DNA of 64,000 nucleotides from Callorhinchus milii (taxonomy: Eukaryota), in contig NW_024704743.1 in the NCBI RefSeq assembly GCF_018977255.1, positions 8,868,001 to 8,932,000 of the forward strand, written 5' to 3'. A program made the position numbers and the translations under genes. A model generated the notes under the pieces. It was not told the DNA's origin. It saw only the letters and a list, made by a program, of their open reading frames with translations, and made no database searches. Positions 1 through 13,613 of this stretch are shown here, one piece after another. Positions within the stretch are counted from its first letter, which is position 1, and every line of letters starts with the position of its first letter.

Positions 1-1424
1 CATACTCTCCCACACACTCTCTCACACATTCTCATGCACACAATTCCACTAGAAGAGAGACATGGTTGAGGTGGGCAGTTTCACAATAGAGAGAAGCTTG
101 GCTGACTTCTCAGAAATGCTACAATTAGTGAAAGTAATTATAATGCCTCTACTACAGCCACAGCTGAGGCCTGCCTTGTGCAACAGCCGCTGAGCCTATT
201 CTGGACAATGAGCCGGAAGCTTGCCAGCCAGAGTTCAAAATGGCAACCTGCGTGGTTTTAGCTGGATAAACTCCAGGGACACCCCAGAGCACACCTTGGC
301 TTCCTTGCCTCTTGCCAATCTGTGCCAAATAGTTTGTGGGATTACGTGAGCAGGTGCGTCACTTCGGGGAAAGAACGCAGATTCCATATCAAACAAACAG
401 AGATTTCCACTCATATGTGGAATTCTTAGCAGGATTTGGATACTCTTAAGCATACGTTAGGTTTCTGTGGGTCAGACACCTGGCTGATCAAAAAAAGGGC
501 TTTCTTCACTGTGAAATTTTATTTGCCTTCTGCTGACAGTGAATGGTGGTGTTCTGTTCAGAGATGCTTTGTGAGAATTATAATAATAATAACAATCCTT
601 GGCATTTGATATAACGCCTTATCACATCGCTGAGCCGTCTCAAAGCGCTTCACAGAATATACTGTAAAGTGAATTGACTAAATATTTTGTGGGCAAAACG
701 CAGTAGCCAATTGCGTACAGCAGTGTCCAACAAAGTCATTAATTGAGTGATCAAATAATCTTTTTTTACTCATAGGAGAACCTAGTGATGCAGACAGGTT
801 CCTTGGTAGTAGGTGTAGTGGGAAGTTTAGGAGGAACTTGTTTATGTAGGAGGTGGTTAGAATGTGGAACTCACTGTTAGCATAGTTAGCATCCATTTAT
901 TTAAGAGAAAACTTGATTCGTACACGAGGGCGAAGGGAATAGATGAGGGGAATAGGATCATTGGGGACTTGTGTGGAGAATAATTACCAGTGCGGACTGG
1001 TTGGGTCGAATGCCCTGTTTCTATGCCATATCACTTTATGTAACTATGTTGGCTTATGTCAACTCTTTTTCAGTAAAGCAGTCCCTTTGCTCAATATGCA
1101 ATATTTCTGTTCTGCTGCCCAGAATACACCCACTGGCTTTTGAGATAAGGTAAAATAGCTATTAAACATCGAGTGTCATTCACCAGTCACCCAGTTCATT
1201 GTTCTGTATTTAATGTGGATTGGATTCTGCAGTTTGCCAAGTTCAGTTTGTCTGAGTGTTGGAACGTTCCCAGCTATCACTTTGCTACCTTGTCCACCTG
1301 CCAAATGTCGAGCAATTAAAGTGAGATCAAGTGAGCCGTTTTCTTTATTTTTCATCAGACTTTAGCTTTTTAACTTTACCAGAAGGATCTCCTTGCCTCT
1401 GGGGCTAACATCCCATCTTGGGGC

Positions 1425-1790
1425 TTGAGCTCATTGCTCAGACTGACACTCCAGTAGAGAATTTGGAGGGTGAGGCGGGGGAGCCTTGCATTGTCAGAAG
1501 TGTTGACTTTTGGATGAGACGTTAAACCAAGGCCCCGTCTCGCTATTAAGGTGGATGTTAAAGATTCCGTAACACTTTTTGAAGGAAATAGGACATCTCC
1601 GGGTGACCTGACCAACAATCCTCTACAGAAATTCTACATTCATCCATCTCATGGCTGTTTGTGGGAGCTTCATTGCTAGTGTAAATGGCTGCTGCATTTA
1701 TCTACAAATTCAGTGACTTACACTTGATAGTTGATTACTTGCAATGCACTCTGAGATGGTTTGATGCAATAAGGTGCTATCAAAATTATT
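1425..1790 (+). mobile_element. Deu-domain SINE (SacSINE1/AmnSINE-like)
   Basis: ggatgagacgttaaaccaagg...ggatgttaaagattcc...ggtgacctgacca matches the Deu-domain core as I recall it. Confidence 0.7.
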
Positions 1791-2593
1791 TTATAAAAAA
1801 ATATTAAGGCAAACTGATTAAAAAGCGCTTTGGGACGTCCTCCCGACGTGAAAAGCGCTATATCAAATGCAAGGATTATTATTATTATTATTAAAAGGTT
1901 TATAGTATTAAAGGATTTCATAGAAATTGTTAAAGGACTTCATGGTCATGGTTACGGTACGTTTGTTTCTAACAACTTGTTAGCATTGGAATTTAGGAAT
2001 GATTGTTACGTGAACCTGGAGTGTGACTGGCCAAAGTGACTTCAATGGAAAATTAAAACATTTTCATCGTAGTCTTCAAATTGTGCCAAAGTAACTTCAT
2101 CTACTCAGTCGTTTAACCAAACTGAGTACACAGTGACAATACCCACAAATGTATGGTGGGTAGAAAGATTATTAAAGAAAAGCAATTGAAAAACCCTGGA
2201 CATGGTTGAAAACTCACCCACTGAAAAGCTGTTTCAGAAATATATTTGGCGGCAGAAAAACAGGATGTGGCTTAGCACTCTTGGCAGACAACATGAAAAT
2301 TAAAAAATAAAAAACGACTTCTACCCTCTGAAGCGAGGTCAGCTAAACAACTTTAAAATCACAGGTACTTTTGTCAGACATCACAATCTTGCTTTGAAAA
2401 AAAACTCCACCAGCCTCCTCTTTGGACTTGAAAGAAGAAAGAAATGTTTTGTGTATAAAGGAAAGTGTACCACTGAGCAATTCCTTGGCTGCCACTGCAG
2501 CAAGATTTTAGATAACAAAGCTGAGGCGTGTACAAATACAGTCCTGCTGCCCATTGCACAGAGGATTGTTCAGCGACACTTTTTGAGGATTCT

Positions 2594-2900
2594 AATAATA
2601 ATAATCCTTGCATTTGATATAGCACCTTATATTGCTGAGCTGTTTCAAGGCGTTTCACAGAATATATTGTCAAGCGAATTGACTGTATTTAGCGGGCAAA
2701 ACATATGAGCCAATATTGCACAGCAGTGTCCCACAAACAGTCATGGATTGAGTGAACAAATTATTATTATTTTATCTACTTATTTATTTTTGGGTGATTA
2801 TTACCCCCGGAAAGTGATCCACCAATCAACTAACAACTGGGTTCTTACTTACTGCTAGGTAAACAGAGGTGTGTGGTGTAAGGAAACTTGCCTAAGGGTT
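2594..2900 (-). mobile_element. tRNA-derived SINE, long form, lacking most of the head
   Basis: Tail, body and the extra segment aaagtgatccaccaatcaactaacaac...tactgctaggtaaacagagg. Confidence 0.8.
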
Positions 2901-3524
2901 CTCAGACTTGAGAATTACTTAGAATTGTATTCAGCTGTCACAAGTTTACTCATGTATGAAACATGATTTAAAAGGTATGGGGTGGGGGGGACGACGGGTG
3001 AAAGCCATCCATTAAAAGGTTTGACGCTTCCCTCTTTCTCCCCCCGGCCACCATTTCATAAGTAAAACTCATTAGCTTGTCCTGAGCTCAGAGAAGGCAG
3101 ATGAAAGTCTTTCCATACAGCAACCTCTGTGACAGCTCATTTAAATCCAGAAATGTTAGCGCGGACAGATCACAGTAAGTTCAAACAGCCACAATCTTGT
3201 CACGGTTTGATACAATCACACGACACAGGGCTGCTCATTTCAAGCACGTTAGCCTCTCAGCCACCCAGTTCCAATGTTCAGGATGCTGTGTGCTCGGCTG
3301 GATTCCATGTTATACTATCTTTGCTCTCAAATCTCTAATTTGGAGAGGGTGTTTTTTTTGCAACTAACAAGAGTTCTTTAAGTGAGATAGGAAAAAACAC
3401 TTCAAAAGAGCACAGGATATGGCAGCTGCCCATCAGACAAACAATACGAAGCAGTAAAGAAACAGAGGGAACCTTCCTTGATCTTGAGGATCAGCATTTG
3501 AGTGCAACTAAAAGGGATACAAAA

Positions 3525-3770
3525 ACGACAACAACAAGCTTATGTTTATAGAGTGCCTTTCACTTCAGAAAGACAAATCAAAGCAATTCATTCTGCTAAC
3601 TTGAAGCCCGAACCGGAGAATGGGAAAATGACCGATGAAAGGTCTTAAAAGGAGGGTTGAAAGCAGGGAAACAGGGCAAGCGGAGGGACTGCGGGATGGA
3701 GTTCCAGAGAGCGGGGGCAGAATGGCTAAAAGCTCGCCCAATGATGGTAGAGTGGTTCAGGCAGGGACAT
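3525..3770 (-). mobile_element. L2 LINE 3' end
   Basis: ...GRAFSHSAPALWNSIPQSLR... and an acaacaaca tail. Confidence 0.8.
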
Positions 3771-6559
3771 GAAGTAGGCCAATGTTTGCAATGCACAAAA
3801 TTCTTTAAGCAAGGCGGACAAAAGACTTCAAAAGAGCACAGGATATGGCAACAGTCCTTCAGACAAACAATAAGGAAGCAGTAAAGAAGCAAGGGGAGAG
3901 TCATTTCCCTCATCTCCCCCCCCACCCACCCACTCACTAAACTCAGCTCAACAGCTTCCGCCAGGTTTTAAAATCAAGACTGGGTCAGTTCTCAAGAAAA
4001 CATAATGGCACAATTGTTAAATAAAAGTATATATTTATCTGTTCTTATCAATATTATGATCAATCGCTAAAATTAACACCTCTGTGTGACTTGTAACAAA
4101 TCAGTGGTTTTAATTACTGGCGATGGTTAAGAAATGGGTCTAAATGTGCAGTGCCTCATAATGTGTTTCATAATGATAAAATATTATATTCAACACATTG
4201 TGAATCACTGCAGATTTCACCCCACCCTTTTGTTGCTGTGCTATTGTTTTCAGGAGCCAGTGATACAATGAAGCAAACAGAGACTGTTAGGCACTGGGAA
4301 TAGCTGTTCATATAGAATAATAAAACCCTGTCGAGCAAAAGGTTCGCGGCTACAATGAGTACAAGGAACACGAGTCTCTCTTGTGAAGTGTGCAATCTAT
4401 TTGAGTGCTGCTTCTGGTTTCCTGCAGACCTGATGGATCTGAAACAAACAAACCTCAGCACTTGTATCAATATTACAATGTTGCAAAATTTTGTCAGGGC
4501 ACATACATCACTTCCAAGGAAAATTGCAACTCCTGCTAAATAATGCATGAGACCTGGAAAGGAAAATGCCAAAATTATATTATGCTTCAGTACGCCCCAC
4601 AGGTAGAATAGAATGTTGTTTCACCGTTCACTAAGTGTGTCTGCTGCGAGCAGGATGAACATTGGGGAGGCAGTGGGTGGGGGGGAAGCAGATTAAGGTT
4701 TTTTTTCATATTGGAGGTCTTACATATTCAGGCATTTTGACCCTCGGTATATTCTCTCAATGCAGGTTGACCCCACTATATCTTGGTGGTTTGCGTCCAT
4801 AAACTCAAACCCCTGTGTTGTAAGGGGAGGAGTTAGGACATAGACTTCCTTGCCGGGAGCAGTGGTGGTTCAGGCAGAATCCATGTTAGCTTTCAGAAGG
4901 GAACTAGAAAAATATCTGAAAAGGCATAAACAACATGGATATGGGGAAAAGGCAGGTAAATGGGACTGAAACGATTGCTCTTTAAAAGAGCCGACATGCA
5001 GGATATATCGTAAATTTCTAAGATTCTATGGGTCCTCAGGCCACCCCTGATGTAATGTCCGGCGGGGAGCATTTCCAGCAGTTGCTAGGACACCACTAGA
5101 CACTAGACACCACCTCTTTCTATGCAAAGAAAGCTATTCAGTTAACTTTACAAGCCAGAAGTGCACCCACACTATAAGAGGACCTGTGCTATATCGAGCC
5201 ATGTTATAATGGGGTCAGCCTGTATGATGCAGTAACAAAAGGCAACCAGAACCCAACTGTGTCAATGAATGGATATTGCTGGAAGAAGAGTAACTATATT
5301 AAGGAATAAATCAACTCCTTATGCTCCCCAACAACCCTGGTTCTGCAAGTGATAGTGAGGACTGAGTTGGAACTGCTGTGTACAAAGAAATCCATATGAT
5401 GATACTAAAAAGCCTACCTCTTCGACCGCACCTATAGTCACCTACCCCTCCCTTCCCTTTTGTTCAGTGTCTGACCCTATCATTGCGATGCACTCTGAGA
5501 TGTTATCCTACATGAAGGATACTATATAAATGCAAGTTGTTATGACGTGTCAATCACTAAAATTAGTGTTTTATTTTTATTACCTGTTTATAGTCGTATT
5601 TCCCTTTTCAAATAAGTAATAAATGGATTGTGAGTTATAGTGTTTGCTATTTGCCAGACATACATTCTCACTGTCTGGAAGATAGTGCCACAGCCAGGAG
5701 AAGCAGTGCCTGAAGCTTTACTGCAGACAGTTTGGACTGCCTTCAAAAACCTCCGAAAAACACATCCCTTCAACTGTGCCTTTGTCAGATATTTTTGCAT
5801 CTCTATTTCCCTGCTATATTAGTCAAGCGCTTTGAAATGTTCTTTTATGTGAACAACGTAATATAACTGAAAGCTGCAGCTCATGTATCTTTGAAATAGA
5901 CACTGAGGCCTGGCTCACGCCCCAGCATCTGCACTGTTATCCACTGTTATTTTAATCTTGAGGAGTGCAGGCATTGGAGAGAATATTTTCTGGCAATGAG
6001 TAATCTATCCTTATCAAGCCTCCTGGTCTACGTGCCTCTGGATTGCAGTGAATTCACGAGCTTGGATATTGTTTCCCTCTGCAGGAAAGAAAGCCGTCAA
6101 CCTTTCATCACAGAAAGTGAATGGAGTCTTAGCACAACACTGAAGCTACTTGACCGTGATGAGTGATGCTGAACTTTCCTATGAGCTCCCACTCTTCCAC
6201 CAGCTTTTCCAGGCACCTTCGCCACTTCTTTGCCCTCAACGTACATCAAAGAGATACGGGACACATAGAAAGGTCCTGCACGGAAGGGGACCACACAGCC
6301 ACTAATAATAAAATCAAAATGACTTTTGTTTTCTTTTCCTTAATCAATTTCCAGCTCCTTCCCTATGTCCCTCCATGTTTTTGAGTCACGTAATTGTAGC
6401 AATAATGATCTTTGCGTTTGATCTTGTGCCTTTTACATCAGTAGAATGTCCTCACAGGATACACTGCAAAGTGTAGTAACTGCGTCATTTGTTGGCAAAT
6501 GTTAAAAGGCCAAGAGGGATAATGCAAAATGTGACCAAAGAGGAAAGTTTAGAAAATTT

Positions 6560-7050
6560 TCAAAACAGAGAAGGAAGGCTCAAGGCAGAGATTTTAGGAG
6601 CCTCTTTCATCGATTGGGGTGGGAGGGGGGGTATAATGGCTCAAAGCTCGGCTGCTCTTAGTGGGGTGGATGGGCAAAGCACGTGCAGCCATAAATGGAG
6701 AGGAGGGTGTGGGGAGAGGCAATGCAGAGGTAAGGTGGAGCAAACGCATGGAGGCATTTGAAACAACAAGCATCTTGAAATCGATCGGTTGGGGAACAGG
6801 GAGACAGTGGAGCCATAAGAATATGGGTGATGGGATCACAGAGTCTGGTGTGGAATAAGATATTGGCTGCAGAGTTCTGGATAATTTAAAGCTTATGGAG
6901 GGCTGTACTAGAAAAAGCGGCGAGGAAAGCTTTTGAGTAATATTATCTGGAGGCAATGAAGACATGAAGGTATTGGCTGTGGAGAATGAGGTAATGATGA
7001 AAATGGGTGATATAGTAATACAGACGTGGAAGAAAGCAGACTCGGTCAAG
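6560..7050 (-). mobile_element. L2 LINE ORF2 fragment
   Basis: ...LFWLHCLPVPQPIDFKML resembles the L2 LHWLPVxxRIxFK motif. Confidence 0.75.
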
Positions 7051-7113
7051 TACTGGTCAGCACTCCTTTATTAAATGAGTGTTGCCCAGTTTTTAAATGT
7101 TCTTTCTAACAAG

Positions 7114-7358
7114 TACAAGCTGACCCTGTTATAATGTGACCTGTTGTAGTGTGAGTGTGTTTATAGATTGTGACCCAGACTATACAACAAGTGTTGTACA
7201 TTCTGCAGTGACACCTTCCTGCGTGGAGCACGCATGCGCACAGGAAGTGATGTGAGCAGAGACCTGAAGACCCGAAAGTGTCTACTGTGGCCTTTTTTCA
7301 GCACATGTTGTAACCTTTAAGGACTCAAACTATCACGTTTTAATGGGGCCGGTCTGTA
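7114..7358. mobile_element. Tc1/mariner (pogo/Tigger-like) MITE
   Basis: TA|caagctgaccctgttataatgtga ... tcacgttttaatggggccggtctg|TA, i.e. imperfect TIRs with TA at both ends. Matching solitary TIRs at 5201-5224 and 28323-28345. Confidence 0.7.
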
Positions 7359-7643
7359 TCTATACTCTGGGTGAGCTCAATGGTCTTTATTAAAAGTATC
7401 TATCTTTTCAGTGAACCATCGCTTGTAAAGGTCAATGCTTTAAATGGCTGCTTATGGTTGCTATTAAGGATCCTCAAATTAAAAATTAAAACAAAACAGT
7501 CTATGGGGTTTCTGCTTTAAAGGCACATGAAAGCTACAAAATACAATTAAAATCTATTAACACAGACATGCCATTAAAAAGATGCTAACCCACATCATTT
7601 GGAATAATCGATAGTGGACAAACTGGCGACCTCCGAGGTGTGA

Positions 7644-7738
7644 GAGAGAGAGTGTGAGAGAGAGAGAGAGAGAGTGAGAGAGAGAGAAAGGGGGGAGGGA
7701 GGGAGGAAGGGAGGGGGAGAGAGAGAGAGAGGGAGAGA
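7644..7738. repeat. (GA)n/(GGGA)n polypurine tract
   Basis: Direct reading of the sequence. Confidence 0.9.
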
Positions 7739-10194
7739 CCTCAGAAAGTTTGGCCTCTGCTTTAAAAGCATGATCCACAGGTCTAGTCTTTTGTTCTCAT
7801 GGCTTTGGATGTCACTCAGTGGTGGCTCGAGTCCCTGGAGTGAGTTATTTCAGTCAATAGGACTAGACCGTTCCTTAGAATATGGAGCAAAGTACCTCAT
7901 GGGGTCGAAAATCAGTTATTCATGAATAAAGTGAGATTGCCAATTTGGATCACTCCAGGATTGCAATTCAGTTCTCCAGTGGAGTGTTGATCTCCAGTTA
8001 GGTCTGCATTTCCTTACCCAGTGACAATCTCCATAGTAACAAGCAGAAGCAGAGTTGCCTGGTTGCGATTGGTTTGATGTTATGGAAACCGTTGTTAAGT
8101 CGTTCAGAGAAGTACATACTAAGTACATACTAAAGGCACGGACATGTACAGGCACAAGCGCACAGTGATCAGCTCAATGACTTTTCGATCTGCACTTGAC
8201 TTACTTAAGATTTCCCCTTCGCTCACAAACTGTCAAATAGGTGCCCGGGATTGTGAAGGACGTCTTTTCATGTGCTGCATAATCCTGTGCACGGACACAC
8301 AAGCGATTTCCAAGGTGTAGGTGGTATATATACCATTTATACTCTCAGTCCATTTTGGATATTCTTAAGCATGGTGATGGGTTTCTGCATGTGTCATAGA
8401 CACACGGCTGACCAAAAAACTGAGGTACACTGGCTGGTCCCAAATAATTTAAGTGAATAATTATACAATACCCTCCCAATGTGAAAGTTGCTGTATCAAT
8501 TACAAAACATATCATTATTAATTATTGTTATTATGACCTCACGTATTCCTCAATCAATTTCTTCACCAAATATCTATCTTTTAAATCGCTTGATGCAATT
8601 TATCCCATCTCCCTCGAAAGATCTTTCAAATCTTTCTTTATTTCTCCACGTAAAGTAATTAATTATGAACTGTCTTGTTCATGAACCCACTTCTGAAGTT
8701 GAATCTACGTAGGTATGTTAGGCTGCTGAAGAAATAATGAACAAATTCACTAGGGTCCAGATTGACACTATCTTTGTAGTAGTTCAGAGCATCCAGAAGT
8801 AGGATGCAATCCTAACCTTGTTTTTTCTCCAGTGCTTAAAAGAACTTACAGACAACTGGCTTCGAAATGAAGGCTGTGTTTGAGAGTTTTGCCAAATTTT
8901 GGTTGCTCCGAGATGAATAGGGTAAATCGAGACCCAGGTTGAATTTTTCCCCAAAAATGAGATTTAGTTTGCAGTATTTCTTAATGAGGAAATTCCTTGA
9001 TAAGAAATCACAAGAATTCCCATTGATTTGCACACAGGAACTCAGCTCCAATGTGGATCTCCCACTAGTCTGTTTGAGTATTTCCAGTCATCGTAAGGAG
9101 AACGCATCAGTGTGATTGCTTACTAAATAATTCTGTTAAGAAATACCATAAGTTAGACCTCAGAAAGTGATTGTCCTGAGAGAATGCACATTGGAGACCA
9201 ACACTTCTCAGTCAGGATGCTCTTACTACAAACTATGTTAATTATGCAATGTTACTACACTTAAACGTCCCATGCCCTACCTGTCCTACTACTGGCAACT
9301 GGGCTTTCACCCTTTGCATCCCAACCTACCCAAAACACCCAGTCACTGCACTTCACAGTATATCTTATGCAGTTCTATGAAACATCCTCTCAATGTGAAA
9401 GGCGCTTCATGAAATGTAGGGATTATTATTATTACTTTCTGGAACCAATGTTAAAGGTGTCACATAACTGTAAATTTATATTGTATTATGACTGCTAAAA
9501 CCCAGTTATAATTTGTTGAAACACACTCACAATGTACAGTACATCCTTCACTGATTTGGGATAAATATTTGGATATCTCAATTGCCACACTGAGGAATGA
9601 AGGTACCTGTTAGCAATGTAGACACCTCATTGTAAGTTAAATTTGCACAATGTTATGACAAAGCATGTATATATGTGTTATCGCTGTTATTACATTCTTA
9701 TCTTGACATTCAATTCTTGTGGCAATGCATTTTTTAAAAATGCCTCGTTAAGACATTGGATTGATTGTTGAAAGCAGTGTGGAATATGATTAGAGCCAAG
9801 AAGCTCCTTTCATTCCGCATTCAAAATGTACCTGACTGAAATAACTCACCACAGGGGCTCAGAGACCCACTAGTGCACATCTGAAGTCAATGTTACAAAA
9901 GACTGTGGCCGTGCTTTCAAAGAGGAGTCTAAATTTACTTGCGCTTTCTCGCTAAATTTCCTCTCAGAAAGCCCCTCATTTTCTGAGCTGCTGCAGGAGG
10001 TCAGTCTGACTACAATTGATTATTGTACCTGATGTAGGTCAGCTCCTTTCAATGGCTTCTCTTGCTCAGATCCATTCTTTTTCTGGTAGCTTTCAAACAA
10101 CTTGAACCGCACTGATCCAATATCCTACATTCCCTGAGCCATCACGCTGTAAGGACCTTACACAGGAATCTTTCATTGCTGTTTATCATAATAA

Positions 10195-10615
10195 TGTTTC
10201 ACCCTGAAAATATACAGTCAATTCACTTTGTAATATATTCTGTGAAGCGCTTTGAGATGTCTCAACTACGTGACTAGCCGCTATATCAAATGCAGATTAT
10301 TAATTATAATAATAATTAATAATAATCCTCACACTTGATATAGTGCCTTATCACGTGGAAACTTCTAGAAGCGCTTCACAGAATTTCTATATAGTGTGCC
10401 GACTGTGCACTGGTTTTGGGACACTGCTGTGTGCAATTGGCTGCCCCGTTTCGTTCACAAAATATACAGTTAATTCACTTTACAGTATATTCTGTGAAGC
10501 GCTTTGAGATGTCTTAAAGCCATGATAAGGCGCTTTATCAAATGCAAGGATTATTATTATTATTTTGTAGCTGCAGGCAATTTGCTCACAGCAGTGTCCC
10601 ACAAATTGCCATGAG
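10195..10615. mobile_element. Cluster of four SINE 3' fragments in alternating orientation
   Basis: Approximately + 10195-10305, - 10310-10400, + 10415-10563, - 10565-10615. Confidence 0.8.
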
Positions 10616-11709
10616 GATTCCTGGCCTGTGTTAAACCCTAAGTGCCTGGTTATGGTGAGTTGTCCAGATCATATTAAGTGTGAATTTATTACTTTTGAGG
10701 CTGTTTTGCCGCAAATCGTTTACAACATTCACGCAACCCATTTGAAAAATAAAAGAGGAACGTTTAGGACCTTAACCTCTCTGTAAATTATGGATGCGCT
10801 GTATCAGCACGGGAATCTGAACTTTCCTTTTTACAACACACTCTGAGGTTTGTGTCCTGTCTTTGAGGCCAAAGCAAACATACTTAAAATGAGTAAACAA
10901 ATGAGCAATTTCTCTCATACTTTTACAAGCGTCTGTTTATTTTCCTATTGCATTTCAATCATATAGAGGGAAAGGAGATTATAAGAAGAATTTAATCAGA
11001 CACGAAGACTGAATGTTAACTGGATGTGCACAGTAGTCTTGAGATATCCAAATCTACCATCAAGTTACAATTGATCGAATAATAATAATAAGCACCTCTG
11101 ACAATGTAGGGCACCCATCGCATTGATTTGGAGTGTCAGCCTAGACTAAGTGAATTCAAAGTCCCAGTGTAGGGCTTGAACCCTCTAAAGAGGTGAGAGT
11201 GCTACCAACTGAGCTAGGATGACACCATCTCATTGAGAAACATTTTGACATCTCTTCTAAAGTATATGACCTGGCTCGAAAAAAAAGATTTGTTTTTACT
11301 GTTAAGACAGTTAGATTTCTGAAACACTTTAGCTTGAGGAGTAATTCTCCAGATCAGCGGATTTTATTCTCTACAGATTGATGAATCCCATTTCAAGCCG
11401 TCTCCTGCTGAAGTTGGTGAATTTATCAAATCCAGAGAAGAGCTGCGCTGGTTTGTAAGACAACTGAGTGTTTATTGTTGTTATAGTCACATTTGCAAAA
11501 CAATTCTCTTGTCATGCTTTTGAATGCCTAGTTTATAAAGTGATTTTGTCTTCACAGGAGCACATGGATTCCCTTTTCTGGGCACGGAGCAGGTGGCACC
11601 ACGTTAACATGTGCCTAGGTGGAGATTGAATTAGAAAAGCTTTTCAGTGGATGATAAACTTTATGAAACTGCAATAGAATTTATGATATGTAAACCTAGG
11701 AAACACTCC

Positions 11710-11998
11710 ATGTCTCTCCTTCATTTTTCTTTTTATCTTCCTTTTCTCTCTTTTGTCTCTTATCTCTACTCTTCCTTTTTCTCTGCGCCTCCTTTCACTA
11801 GCTCACAGAGTCCGTTCTCTCTTACTCTCATATCAGTTGTTTATCTCTATTTTCTCATGATAATCTGCCTCCATTCTCTTATGTACTATTTTTATTTTAA
11901 TTTTCTATCTCTCCTGATCTTTATTCCCTTTCTTGTTCCCTTTTTCTTTCTTTGTATTTCTTACTATCTTACTATTTATTTTGATCTTTCCCTATCTA
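11710..11998. repeat. CT-rich low-complexity tract
   Basis: Pyrimidine-rich stretch that explains the F/L/S-rich ORF 11647-12144. Confidence 0.85.
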
Positions 11999-11999
11999 T

Positions 12000-12310
12000 G
12001 TCACGCTGGCTAACTGGTAGAAATCTCGCCTCCGAGTCAGAAAAATGTGGGTTCAAGCCTCACGTTGGGACTTGTTACTCATACAGTCTGAGCTATAACA
12101 CTCTAATACAGTGCTGCATTTTAGAGGTGCTGTCCTTCAGGTGAGACACTAAACCACGACAGTATCTGCCTTTTCAGGTGGATGTTAAAGGTCCCATGAC
12201 AATATGTGAAAAGAGAAGGGAGTTTCTCCTGGTGTTCTTGCCAACAATTCCCCAACTAAAATTGGTCATTCGCTTCAAGGCTGTTTGTAGGACATTGCAT
12301 GTCAATGGCT
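12000..12310 (+). mobile_element. Deu-domain SINE with tRNA head
   Basis: Head tggctaactggtagaaatctcgcctccgagtcagaa...gggttcaagcc followed by the Deu core. Confidence 0.75.
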
Positions 12311-13613
12311 CAATAGTTGCGGAGAACAATTTAAATGAAGTTGGGGGTGGGGGAATGGAAAATACAGGAAAATAAAAATTTCTCTACAGAAGTTATCACT
12401 AGGACATCCACAGAAGCAAACAGTCACACGATTCGATAATTATCCATCACATACTACATTTTTCACCCCTTCCCATATTTAACCCCCATGTGAATACAAA
12501 TTCTGTCTCTAACCAAGAAACAAAGCCCATAGTTGATCTGATTATTCTGAGTTATAAATGCTTCTTTACTATTTTCCATGTTGATTTCTTTAGTAATATA
12601 AATCATTCTATATGTTTTTCACTGCAATAACAATCCATGGTGCTTTGAGACATCAACATGACATGAAATGTCATAGGTAAGGATTATTATTATGTATGCC
12701 ACTGACAAACCCACATTATATTATTATTTACACAAATATGCATGACAGTAAATCTTAAAACAAAATTGCGTTACAGGCTAAGACTAGGTGACATTTTGGT
12801 TGTGAGATGTCTATAATCGTGGCTTAGAGTATATTACGAGGCTGTAACTATAACTCTGCTAGCAAATTTAGATTGCACTATAAACTGTACGAGCAATGGG
12901 CTCAATCACTTACCCAAGCCATCTGGACCATGAGATTGGGTTACTGTGATCAAAACCAGCTGTTAATAAGTACAATGGATAAAACTTTTTTNCAGTGAGA
13001 ATTTAAATCAGATTTCACTGTTGTGTGCTTCAATATCCACATCAACATTCCTTGGGGTCAGTAAAAGTGGCAGGATTGACACTGGGTAACCTTTTCGATG
13101 CAAGGACTCACACTGGGTCACATCACATCATGTAACAGGAAGAGAGAATTGTATATTTTGTATTTTGACACTACATTGCAAGGAAATACAATGTTTTTTG
13201 TACATATATTTCCCGTTGCGTTTCTTAGTAATTCCTCAAAGCAACTTCATTTAAAAGTTTTACCTATCTCTTTCTCTCTGTCTCTTTCTCTAGGTCTCTC
13301 TCCCTCTCTCGTACTATTTTTTGCCTCCATTGTTGTCTGCAGAAAATTTTAACCTTGTGGTCAGAAATTCCATTCGAATTTGAAAATAAATTGGAAACAA
13401 TTTAACTTGAACTTAAAATATTATTGAAAAATGTGACTTAAGTCCATCACCAACAAAACAATGAGAGAGATCAGGAGAATTATTTGTTTTACACGCAGGG
13501 GGATATTAAGACATTGAGATATTCACTACAAAAACAGAGGATGAAGCAGAATCCATAACAGCTTTTAAAAGGGAATTGGATAAATCTTTGAAACTCCAAA
13601 GTATGAAAGGGTA

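Noticed and set aside
8460..8495. Possible next NRP1 exon (HIGR-like codons on the minus strand; also an IAQEG-like match near 14050)
   Set aside because: The frame does not continue into YCG and no splice sites fit. The 14050 match abuts a SINE head.
11647..12144. 165-aa hydrophobic ORF resembling a membrane protein
   Set aside because: It derives from a CT-rich low-complexity tract running into a SINE.
12992..12992. Ambiguous base n (another at 26562)
   Set aside because: Both follow homopolymer runs and reflect assembly uncertainty rather than biology.
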